A DNA stretch of 64,000 bases from Selaginella moellendorffii (Eukaryota; Plantae; Lycopodiophyta). The translations under genes were made by a program, and so were the position numbers. This document shows, piece after piece, positions 35,344 to 46,465 of the stretch. Location: NCBI RefSeq assembly GCF_000143415.4, contig NW_003314338.1, positions 299,791 to 363,790 of the forward strand, given 5' to 3'. Every line of letters starts with the position of its first letter. Position 1 is the first letter of the stretch. Below the pieces are notes generated by a model, which saw only the letters and a list, made by a program, of their open reading frames with translations, did no database searches and was not told where the DNA came from.

Positions 35344-36532
35344 TGTAGCGGTTCTAAAATGGGCGTAAGCCCGGGCAAGGCTTACTGGAGTCCACAGCAG
35401 GTCAAAGCCCTTACTGTGCTCAGATCTTGTTCGCCCTTGCTTGTTGTGCTGTTCCCAAGCCAATCTTCTCCCCTAGCCCTAGCTCCCTTTATCACCACCC
35501 TGCTGCATCTCAATACCGCTGATGCGCCGCCCGACCTCTGTAACATACCGGTCTCCTCCCCACCACGTTGGATCTCCCTGCCGAGTCATCTCTGTCCATG
35601 TCATCATCCACGTGTTCTGCCTCACTTTGTTCTACGGGCTCGTTTTTTATTGGCCGCTACAGCTGTAGCGGTTCTTCTCCCCCATAAAATGGAGACACTT
35701 CCACGCGTTTCCCCTTGCCATCTTAGTGGTCTCCTACCTTGTGTGGTGGTTTGAGTGTCAGGGTCAAGATTGAGCGTTGCATGCCTCATTCTGATGCCAG
35801 TACTTCCCTCACCTGTTGTGGTTCACTCCCCCAGCTGCTACACAGAATTTGGATCTGTGAACTTGTTGGGTGATTGTGTATGGTCCTTCGTAGCTAGCAC
35901 CTAGGGTAGATCACCAAGATCCCCCCACCACTGGCCTCCTCGGCTCAGCTCATTCCTCAGCCCCCTGGCTGGATGTATGGCAGCTCCAACCTTTGGATGC
36001 CATGCCTTGTGACCAAACCTCTTTGGTCACACTGGCTGTCCTAGCCAGGAAAGTCCTTTGGCCATCCGTGTCCTCCATGCATGACACAATGCACATCCCC
36101 GCACAAGCCCTCATGCTCAAAGTTTCAGTCATGCCAGAAATGGAATTGAAAAAGAAAATTCGTATAGACTCCAGTATTCCCAGCCCAGATGTGATGAAGT
36201 GCCCCTCATCTCCACCATAAAATGGGTGTAAAGCCCGGGCGAGGCTTACTGGAGTCCACACCAGGTCAAAGCCCTTACTGTGCTCAGATCTTGATCGCCC
36301 TTGCTCGTCACGCCATTCCCAAGCCAATCCTCTCCCCTAGCCCTAGCTCCCGCCACGCCCTTTATCACCGCCCTGCTGCATTCCAAGAAGTCCCCGCTGA
36401 TGCGCCACCCGATCCTCTGTAATAACAAACCGGTCTCCTCCCCGCCACGTCAGATCTCCCTGCGGAGTCATCTCTGTCCATGTCATCATCCACGTGTTCT
36501 GCCTCACTTTGTTCTACGGGTTGGCCGCTACA
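35344..36532. mobile_element. Two tandem LTR- or MITE-like units of about 320 bp (TGTAGCGG..CCGCTACA); the second is interrupted by an insert of about 520 bp
   Basis: Unit 1 at 35344-35661, unit 2 at 35664-36532; 8-bp terminal inverted repeats; CCATAAAATGG duplicated around the insert. Confidence 0.7.
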
Positions 36533-37619
36533 CCGGTTACAAGAGTCCTTGGAGTCCACGGAAAACATAGATACATTGTTTTCTAAAGGTAATTTGGCTT
36601 GCTATCCTCAGGGCGAGGTTCCCCTGCATCATAATTTCCTGCTTTCCAAAACAGGAAACATCTTCTTGGCAGCGGTGTACAAACACTACATCATTGTTCT
36701 GTGGAGCGTCCTTCTGTTTCAGCAGAAAATCAATGAAGTCAGCGGGCATACACTTGATCTTTTGCTTCTTATATTGGTCACACCAGCCTTTCTATTTTTA
36801 GCCTTTCTTAGGATCTGACAGGGACAGATGCCACTCTTCATCCTCTTCCATCCTTCACAAACCCTATAAAACAGATCAGGCGAATGCAAAAGGCCATAAA
36901 CTTGAAGATGGTGCACAGACAATAAGAACACAAAATGCTGCAAATCTGTGTAACATAACGCACTATTGGTGGTGTTGTCAAGCACGCAAATACCTAGCCA
37001 AATAAGTCACTGTCTATAGTATCATGTAATTTTATTCTGGGTCTTGATTTGAGTTTCAAGGGTGGTATTTTCAATAACCTATTTTGTGACACTCAACACA
37101 CGCTTCAAACCATTCCAAAAAGACAAATGGGTCTCATAGTAGCTCACGGTTCATTTCACATTGCCTGGTGATCATTGTTTTCTAACTTGCTACAATCTTG
37201 ACTCCAAAAGAAGTTTATTTCCTTTTTTTCTTATGCTTCTCTGCTTTACTTCACTGGCCTCGCAATTGGAAGATTTTTAACTCAAAGGCCATTACCTTAT
37301 CTCGCAACTGCTGTAGCCCTGAGTCCTTTGCCACAAATATCGCTGAGGGTTCATGTTTGATGCTGTTTACCGTGGCATGCAGATCATGCACTGCTAACTG
37401 TTCTAATCATGATCATGCATTATGCTAACTGCTCTTTGGCCTGTGTAGACAGAAGAAATGTCGATTTATGTTGGTGAAAGACCCTCCCCTCAGGTTCATA
37501 CGTCCAGTAACGACTATAGCTAGTAGCAGTCACTTGTTCATCCAGTAACTTCATGTAAACAAATCAAAAGAAAATAGAGCTGCAGCTTAGTTGAAATCCT
37601 GTGCTTTCAGAATCAAATT

Positions 37620-37895
37620 TGCTTGTAGAACATGTGAAAGTCACTACACATTTCATAAAAGCACTTACTGCTGCCTGAATACACAGGGAAACGTAATAGC
37701 AAGTCCATGAGATTAAAGAGCACGTATGAACTTTCTTTGACACCAATGATACTGTCTTCTATCACGATGCACTTGTCCGGAGTTTTTGAAAAACAAAAAA
37801 ACTGATTAAAATAACACGAGCAGAAAACCACGTTTACCTCTTCTGCGACTTTGTAGAACATTGGATTTGGTTTTTCTTCTTTGACATCATCGCTA
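37620..37895 (-). pseudogene. Three-exon fragment of a CbbY-like HAD-superfamily hydrolase
   Basis: SDDVKEEKPNPMFYKVAEE | PDKCIVIEDSIIGVK | QAAVSAFMKCVVTFTCST are HAD motif III/IV; no upstream exons visible. Confidence 0.75.
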
Positions 37896-40043
37896 TCAAA
37901 CTATGAGAAATTTTCATAGTTTGGTTTTGATCTATCTGTTAGAACTGAGGAATAATTACAAATCTGGTTGCGTTCGGAGAGCAACTTGTTCGATGCTTCT
38001 TCCTGAGATTATAATGATGATTTCTTGATAGGCATTTTTTATTTTTTTTGAAAAAAGTAAAAACCACAGAACTTTCACATGGCAGCATTGCATGGACCAG
38101 ACCTGTAAGTTTTCAAGTTTCAATGGTTCTGGCAAAGACCACATCGAAACTGGGGTAGAATTGCCAGCAGCCTCCCCATGCTACGACTCAAAGATGGCTC
38201 TCTTTCTCTCGGGACTTTATCCACATAGGATTTCTGTATCTTGGCTGTTGAAGATGCTTTCCAGCAGCAACTTTATCCTTGGGAATCATGATGATATCAG
38301 TCTATTTGATAGATGAAAAAAGCACTGGCTCTATGTTATTTATGAAGGAATGAAAGTAAGTTTCCCGTTTAGATAGAAAAGGAATATTAACGGATCAACG
38401 GAGTTTAATGGATTGTGATTCAGCGGAACAGTATTTTTAACCTCTTGAGGTAGGAAGTGGAGTCAGAAAAATGCCGTAAAGCCTTCTTGAGGAGCAATAG
38501 AATTCAAGAGTGTTGCCTTGTCAAGGCTTCAAAAAATTTGGAGCTAAACTTGGTACATATGTTAAGTAATGCCGCAACACCCAGCATGGGAAGCCCTCCT
38601 CTCTTTTGCAAACTGTAGGCATGTGAAACTGAGAGATCTTTACCAGTGGCCATCAAGAGCAATTCTTATTTCCGCATGGTACCGTCACCATCCCTAGAAA
38701 ACTTAGAACCTAGACGACCAGGTGATCCAGGGCAAAAAGTAACCGACAGAGAGTGACGACCACGATTCCTTTGAGCCTGTGCATGGTTGGAGCTCGTTAA
38801 TGATGACATTATTCATAACCAGAAGAACTGAAGAGCAAAGCAAGGAACAGTGGTCGGGACTTCAAAGCTTGGGAATTCTATGCTAGGTCCAAATTTGTTG
38901 GATTACATGATTTTTTTTCTCGTGAAACGGAGCAGGAGGCATCTGCATCAGTTTAAAATCAAGTCATCCACGTTCTTTCTCTTGAGGTGGTATAGGAGGT
39001 CTACGCACCAGTTTAAAACCCAGTCAAGCATCTAACTGTTTCGGTAAGTGCAATGGAAACAGATAAATTTAAGTACAGAACTTCCTAGTATCAGCAAAAG
39101 GTTCATATTCTTAGGATGCATGAATGTGAAGAAGAAGAGGTCGTGGTATAAAAGTATTGAACCCTTTTCTTCTGAGAAGCTCTTGCAATATTATTTTACA
39201 ATTAAATGTAATTTAAAATATTGCAATAAACCCTAAACCCAGTGTAAGCTCCTCGGTTTTGGATATTGGTGCAAAAGGAATGACATCATTAGAAACATCC
39301 AACACAAACCTCCCCACAGGTGGATGTTTTATCATCTGTGTCTTGACAAGTATTGAATCCTTTTTCCAGCTTGTAAGTATTGGTTCCTTAGAACCGTAGA
39401 GATAATCAACTATGTACGATGGAATATTAATGTCCCTGGTTAACGTCCCTGGTCATGTCTTCAATTTCTATCTCACATGGTCAAACAGCTGCTTTGTGTT
39501 TTCTCTTCTGAATCTCAGATGTGCATTTTTTAATGCCTGTTTTATTTCAGTACCCTGCAAATGCAGAGAAATAGATGAAGAAAATACCTTCTTCATCATC
39601 ATTTGTTGGAGGACTTGTGGTTAATGTGTCTTTCAGCCTCTTGCAATTGCTTTTTCTTGGTGCCTTTGAAGTTTCAAACACATTATAGCATTGGAGAAGT
39701 ATGTACAAACCAAGACTGTATCTTTCCATCTCTTTTGTCTTCCACTTGACTTAAAACTTAAAGATTTCCAAATACTTGGACAAATATGAAAGAAGTATTA
39801 AATAGTTGTGGGTTACTTTACTCTTAGAAAGAAGGTTCTACCTTGGGAGGGCTCCAAGGATCAACAAAATATCAGTTAACCTTATCATTTCTTGCACTTC
39901 AAGTTTTTTTTTTTTTTTGTTTCAACCTACGACTTTATGAGCTCTTCAAAGTGTATCACAATCATTCTTGCTGGGGCACAGACTTGGTTGAAAAAAGAAT
40001 GCCTCGTATCTAGCAATCATGGACACAACTTCCTTTCTAATAT

Positions 40044-40276
40044 TGTTATGATCCGGCACAAAAAGACAGAGATCTAGTCGCCCTAGACTATGCTACGCCA
40101 CCTCTTGAGGTTCCTCACTACCCAACCACCCCCGAGCTACCTCAAAAGCTCCACTACACTGCCGCTCCACTGTGAGCCCTAGGGTAGGTTAAGTCCCTTA
40201 CCCTAACATGCCTTAATATACCCTTGAGCCTCCCTTTGACTAACATTGACCACGTAGTCAAAGCTGGTGCCTAACA
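40044..40276 (-). repeat. 3' LTR of the family C element (233 bp)
   Basis: TGTTATG..CCTAACA on the plus strand; direct repeat of 44694-44892. Confidence 0.92.
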
Positions 40277-40350
40277 ATTCTTCCCCCCCAACAAAGTCCT
40301 TGTCCCAAGGATGAGTTATATCGGTGATCACCCTTTCTGGGGAACCCTAC

Positions 40351-41655
40351 TCAAGCTCCTGGTCCATTTTCCACAGCCGTATACATCAAGGAGGCATTGG
40401 GCCCGTCACTCCGAGATAGTACACCTTTCAACTGGCTGACATAAAATACCGGATGAATTTTCACCCCAGCTGGCAGCCGCACCCGATAAGCCGCTTTACC
40501 AATGCGCTCCAGCACTTCATATGGACCAGCATATCGATGGGAAAGTCTATCACTCTTCCCTGTCCGTAAAGGCACCAAGGTGTTTCGCCGCTCACTTGAC
40601 AGAAAGATCACACACACAAAGACGAGATCACCCACCTTATATTCCCGGAATTGGCGATGCTCATTGGCAAACTTCTCCGCTCTATCCTGAGCTGCTTGCA
40701 AATTCTGTTTGCACACCACCAAAATCTCATCAAGTTCTGTGGCCAAATCAATCGCCTCAGAATCAAGCTTATCTTGAACGTCCTTACTCAAATGCAAACC
40801 CAACTCCACCACTGTTTGAGGATGCCTTCCAAACATGGCAAAGTAAGGACTTAGCTTGGTTCCACTGTGTTGGCTATTGTTGTAAGCAAATTGCACCAAC
40901 AGAAGATATAGATCCCACTGTCCTTGCTTTTGACCAATGCTACAACGTAGCATATCCTCCACCACCTGATTCACCCGCTCGGTTTGCCCATCCATCTGAG
41001 GATGATCTCTACTCGAGAGTTTCAAAGTCACTTGCATAGCTTTTGCAAAGTTTTTCCAAAATCCACTAGTGAACTTTGAATCTCGATCACTAATGATGTC
41101 CTCCGGCAAACCAAAATCAGGAAAAACCTTCTCCAAGTAAACCGCAGCCAAGTCTGAGGCAGTGATAGTCTTCCGAAGAGCCAACAACCGCACATACTTT
41201 GTCAACCGATCCACTATGACCCATACCTGCTCCTTTTGCCTCTGTGTTTGTGGCAAACAAGTGATGAAGTCCATAGAGATACTACACCAACGGCTCTGAG
41301 GAATAGGTAAAGGTTGCAAAAGTCCCCCCGGCTTCTCCTATGGCACCTTAACCTGCTGACAAAGCTCACATGATTTACAATACTTGAGCATATTCCTCCA
41401 ATAAAAGTTGCGCTTAATCAACTCATACGTCTTTTTCCCCCCAAAATGACCGGCCTCTGGACGATCATGATAGTGGAATAAAACTTGAGTAATTAACGCA
41501 TCCACCCGTGGCAAATATACACGGCCATTGTAGTAGAGAATCCCATCCACCAATGAGAAAGGGGCTTCCATCTGGTCTCGCAAAGAGGCCACCTCAGCAT
41601 CCTGAGCTTGAGCATGCTCAACCAACTGCCCAAACTTGCTGACCACCTTACTCAA
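40351..41655 (-). pseudogene. Integrase (HHCC zinc finger, core, GPY/F), frame-disrupted
   Basis: HYHDRPEAGHFG..CELCQQ; SMDFITCLP, IISDRDSKF, HPQMDGQTE, YAGPYEV..IHPVF. Confidence 0.92.
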
Positions 41656-41673
41656 ATGATGACAAAATCGTGT

Positions 41674-43170
41674 TCATAACGTTGTCACATGACGAACACG
41701 AGATAAAGCATCTGCCACCACATTTGATTTTCCCGGACGATGCTCAATAGGAAACTCCCCAAACTCCATGAGTTTGACCATCGAACGAGCTTGCCTAGTG
41801 TTCAACTCCTTCTGTGTGAACAGATACACAAGTGGTTTGTGATCTGTCAACACCACGAACACTGCACCATAAAGATAGTGCCGCCACGTCCGCAAAGCAT
41901 GAACAATAGAGAGTAACTCTTGCTCATATGTGGAATAGCGTTGCTCCACGGAATTCAAAGTTCGACTCTTATATGCAATAGGCTGTCCCTCTTGCATGAG
42001 AACTCCTCCCAGTGCATAACCACTCGCATCGCATGTCACCTCGTAAGGTTTCGATGGATCAGCAATGCGAAGCACTGGAGTCTCGCTCAACAATTGTTTC
42101 AGCGCCACAAAACTCTCCTCTTGTGGCTTCTTCCACTCGAATGGCACATTCTTGCGTAACAACCGCATCAAAGGAATAGCCACCTCTACAAACTTATGCT
42201 GGAAACGTCGGTAGTAACTAGCCATACCAAGAAAACTGCGCAACTTGGCCACTATAGTCAGTGTAGGCCAATTTTCCACCACAGCCACCTTCCTTGGATC
42301 AGTCTTGACACCCTGAGATGTCACAATATGGCCTAGATATTCCACCTCCGACTTTGCAAATTCACATTTGCTCTTCTTTGCATAAAGTTTGCTGTCTCGA
42401 AGTAACAAAAGAACCTTGCGCAAATGCACCTTATGCTCCTCCATATTCTTGCTAAAAACAAGAATATTGTCCAAGAAAATCTCCACAAACTCATGAAGAT
42501 AATGCCCAAATACCTCCGTCATCAACCGAGTAAATGTGGTCGGTGCATTCGTCAAACCAAACGGCATAATTGTAAACTCAAAATGTCTGAAGCTTGTGTT
42601 GAATGCCGTCTTGGAGATAGATGCATCATCCATTGCAATCTGATGATATCCACTCCTCAGATCAATCTTGGTAAACACTCGTGCTTCACCAAGCTTATCT
42701 AGGATATCACCCACACGTGGCATCGACATTTTATCCTTCACTGTCTTCTTGTTCAAAGCACGGTAGTCAATACACATTCGTATTGAACTGTCCTTCTTCT
42801 TCACAAGCAAGATCGGAGCACCAAATGGAGACTTACTTGGCTGAATGAATCCAAACTCAAGTAACTCCTTGACTTGTCGTTGAAATTCTTGCTCCTCCGC
42901 ATAACTTAACCGAAATGGACGCCGGTAAATTGGCCGTGTCCCTGGCTCCAATGTAATCCCATGCTCCACACCTCGTAACAGAGGCAATCCATGAGGAAGT
43001 TCAAATGGAAAAACATCAGAAAACTCGTCAAGTACATCCCGTACTGCTGCTTCTCCCCCACACGTGCCTTGGTCCCCCAAGTCACGAACAAACAGCAAGT
43101 AACTCGAAAGTGCTTTTCCATTACGACAAGCCTGCTTCAAACTGGGGGTTGAACGCCCTCGCCAAACCAC
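41674..43170 (-). pseudogene. Reverse transcriptase and RNase H
   Basis: RMCIDYRALN, KIDLRSGYHQI, MPFGLTNAP, FLDN in place of the catalytic YxDD, TCDASG, TDHKPL, NVVADALSR. Confidence 0.93.
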
Positions 43171-43502
43171 ACCTCTTTAATGCCACCATACTCTAGTGAG
43201 ATACACTTAATACTCCACTTTATTTCTGGATCCACCTTCACCAACCATGGCATCCCAAGGATGAGATCCACACAATGGATATCCGCGAGATAAAAAGTCT
43301 CCACAAGTGTGGTTTTGCCAACCAACACTTCCAGCCCCTTGACACAAGCATCGAAATGCTGAGCAGAGGTAGCTGCACCTTCCACTGTGTATGGAAGAAT
43401 TCCGCATGTGACCAAGCCATGCTCCGCAACAAACTTTGCCGAAACAAAGTTGTCATCGCTCCCACTATCCAGTAAAATCCGCACTGGATCGCCATGGAAC
43501 AC
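43137..43502 (-). pseudogene. Aspartic protease domain
   Basis: ILLDSGSDDNF and DLILGMPWL motifs. Confidence 0.9.
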
Positions 43503-43631
43503 GCCCTACAGCATTAAAGCTGATTCACGCATATCCTCAAGCTCCATCTTGTTCCACACACAGTTGAGCTGACGAGCAACGATCGAAAGTCGCTTCCTCC
43601 GACCGGAATGGTCGTTCTCCTCATCCTCACA

Positions 43632-44534
43632 CTACAAAGTTTGTAACTTTTTAGTATCTGACTTACTGTGAGAAGAAGATTGGCCATTCTTCTTGTCCTG
43701 CTGCTTGTTCTTCAACTGCGGACAATCAGCCTTATAGTGTCCAAGTTCGCCGCAATTATGACAACCCTGTCGATAATTCTTCACAAAGAACTTTTGCTTC
43801 TTGGACCCCTTTGCATCTGAAGTAGTCACCACCGACTTCAACTTGTGATGCTTGTTCCCATCCTTGTGTCCACGGCGATCATCACGACGATTCTCGACAG
43901 AAGGACTCCGCGAACGCTTGCGAGACTTGCGCTTGTCATTGTTAAGTCGACGAGCTGCATCAAAGAGCTCCTCCAAACTCTTTGTAGGCTGAGAATGACG
44001 CAAGTGTTGCCGCATGCTCTCACTATGTAGGCCATCAATGAAGTAGGACTTGTTTTGATCCGGATCCTTCGTTGGAACACAACTAATCAAGCGAGTAAGC
44101 TTCTCAATATAGTCCCCGAGCGTCATTTTCCCTTGCTGGAAATGTCGAAGTTCTGTACAAGCATTCTCCACATCGTAATGAGGGGCAAAACGTAAATGGA
44201 AAGCAGCCTCAAACTCATCCATGGTAGACACTGGTGGTTTCTTATCCACAACACGGGACTCCTCAAGCCAATTCCACCATCGAAGACCCGCATTACGCAA
44301 AACCATCGGAATAGCCACTAAAGCCTCTGCATCTGGAGTTCCCCTAGCAGCCAAGAACTTCTTCACATTGGCTAGCCAAGTGAGACACTCATCCACACCA
44401 CCATCACCAGAAAAAGTTGGAATCTTGAGTCGATCTACCAAAGAAGGCTTACTTGGAGCGCTACCCCGTCCAGCCTCGAGTGCCTCAACACGCCCACGCA
44501 TGGTATCCATCATGCCATGCATCTCGTCTTGCAT
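43632..44534 (-). CDS. Gag with CCHC zinc knuckle (part of a disabled gag-pol)
   Basis: IPTFSGDG, QQGKMTLGDY, CHNCGELGHYKADC; the terminal TAG is CAA in the sister copy, so gag and pol were one frame. Confidence 0.88.
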   Translation of the reverse strand: MQDEMHGMMDTMRGRVEALEAGRGSAPSKPSLVDRLKIPTFSGDGGVDECLTWLANVKKFLAARGTPDAEALVAIPMVLRNAGLRWWNWLEESRVVDKKPPVSTMDEFEAAFHLRFAPHYDVENACTELRHFQQGKMTLGDYIEKLTRLISCVPTKDPDQNKSYFIDGLHSESMRQHLRHSQPTKSLEELFDAARRLNNDKRKSRKRSRSPSVENRRDDRRGHKDGNKHHKLKSVVTTSDAKGSKKQKFFVKNYRQGCHNCGELGHYKADCPQLKNKQQDKKNGQSSSHSKSDTKKLQTL

Positions 44535-44894
44535 CTCTTGCTGATTTTGGTTAAGGGCTCACAGTTCATGAACCACATCTTGAATGGTCCAAATCTCCGC
44601 AGCTTCGTCGGCACCATCATCGGCACCACCATCAACATTAGGATTCCAGCGTTCAGCTTGGTCGGCCATCGCAACCAACTTCTCTTATACCAATGTTATG
44701 ATCCAGCGCAAAAAGACAAAGATCTAGTCACCCTAGACTATGCTACACCACCTCTTGAGGTTCCTCACCACCCAACCACCCCCAAGCTACCTCAAAAGCT
44801 CCACTGCACCGCCGCTCTAGTATGAGCCCTAGGGTAGGTTAAGTCCCTTACCCTAACATGCCTTAATATACCCTTGAGCCTCCCTTTGACTACA

Positions 44895-45110
44895 TAGCAT
44901 AGTCTAGGGCGACTAGATCTCTGTCTTTTTGCGCCGGATCATAACATTGGTATCAGAGAATGGCACATTCTTGCGTAACAACTGTGTCAAAGGAATAGCC
45001 ACCTCTGCATCTGGAGTTCCCCTAGCAGCCAAGAACTTCTTCACATTGGCTAGCCAAGCGAGACACTCATCCACACCACCATCACCGGAAAAAGTTGGAA
45101 TCTTGAGTCG
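44895..45110. other. Rearrangement junction: inverted LTR end plus PBS, a pol snippet and a gag snippet
   Basis: 44895-44958 is the reverse complement of the LTR end plus TGGTATCAGAG; about 44958-45006 matches 42140-42188; about 45002-45110 matches 44323-44432. Confidence 0.85.
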
Positions 45111-45645
45111 TCATACTTAGGCCACCATCCGGTCACCATGGTCCTTCTCTTAGGGTCTACCAAACCTTGGTTGTCCCTCTAGATCCACCATGTTGAATAT
45201 TCCTTCAGAATATTCCTGCCCCATTTGTCAGCCACGAGAATCGAACTGGGCTCCGATACCAATGTTAGGATCCTATCCCTTACACCCTAAGCCAACTGGC
45301 TAAAGGGGTGATCACTTGATTGCAGGGCCCTTTCTTTATCCTATTATCCTGACCTGGTGCCTAACAATCCTCCCCCTCGTCAGGGAATGATCGTCTGCAA
45401 TCATACTTAGGCCACCATCCGGTCACCATGGTCCTTCTCTTAGGGTCTACCAAACCTTGGTTCTCCCTCTAGATCCACCATATTGAATATTCCTTCAGAA
45501 TATTCCTGCCCCACGAGAATCGAATTGGGCTCCGATACCAATGTTAGGATCCTATCCCTTACACCCTAAGCCAACTGACTAAAGGGGTGATCACTTGATT
45601 GTAGGGCCCTTTCTTTATCCTATTATCCTGACCTGGTGCCTAACA
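45111..45645 (-). mobile_element. TRIM in a short tandem array (LTR-internal-LTR-partial internal)
   Basis: 104-bp LTRs at 45263-45366 and 45542-45645 (TGTTAGG..CCTAACA); PBS TGGTATCGGAGC and PPT AGGGGGAGGAT on the minus strand; 175-bp non-coding internal part. Confidence 0.92.
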
Positions 45646-46465
45646 AATATTCTGTCAAAATAGCAATCAAGTGTGTGAAAAAAAAAACACTAAAGCAGGC
45701 AGGCAACAATATAGCAGTGACCTTGTAAGAAAAATGAGAATCTTGGAAACAATAACAAACTATGATACATTATACCTAGTATAGATTGGACGTTGAAGCA
45801 CACCATATTGGGGCACAGCTATTAACTTAAATTTAGCTACCAATTCAGAGTTTATAATTTAGAGTGAATGTATTTAAGTTTGTCCCAAGTAGAGACTTCG
45901 AATTATTATTTTTACCCCAGTCAGTTTACAAAGTGTCAGCCTTGAACTGCATTTGCCTCCTCTGAAGCTCCACAATTCTATTTTTCCAACTTGGCCAGGC
46001 CAGCTTTTACATACTCACCATTGCTCAAAGAGCAGCATTCATATCCCAATAGAAGAATGAGAGAGAATGAGAGAGAGTTTAAATGCAAAGCTGATACGGT
46101 GAATTGAAATAATTATCCCTTCGAAAAACTGGACTTTAATGAAGGAAAATATTTGCTTGTAAAGCTTGTGAGAGGTGTCATGCCACTGATTGTTTCCCTT
46201 TGATCGCACTTCCGTGCAACTATCTTTCCAAGTGTTCCAAGTTACATCAATTTCCTGACAAACTTCAAGAACCTAAAAGGAGACTTTAAAAAATAAGATA
46301 ACATACTCAACAAAAATATAGTTTTGTCAAAGTATTTAGTAGATTAGTGATTGTCTAGGTAGCATGCAAGTTGGTGTCTAATAATTTGACTAAACCTATC
46401 AATTTTTTTTTTTTTTATAGTATTTGTATTATAAGCTTGGTAGGTATTTAACTCATGAACAAACA

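Larger units (their letters stand above)
40044..44892 (-). mobile_element. Near-complete Ty3/gypsy LTR retrotransposon (family C) with short LTRs
   Basis: 3' LTR 40044-40276, PPT at about 40279-40290, domain order gag-PR-RT-RH-IN, PBS 44682-44692, 5' LTR 44694-44892 lacking its outer ~35 bp. Confidence 0.95.

Noticed and set aside
39227-39240. Interstitial telomere repeat AAACCCTAAACCC
   Set aside because: Fewer than two full units; expected by chance.
43500-43640. Programmed stop-codon readthrough between gag and pol
   Set aside because: The sister copy has sense codons at both TAG positions (CAA near 48421 and GAA near 48296), so these are point mutations.
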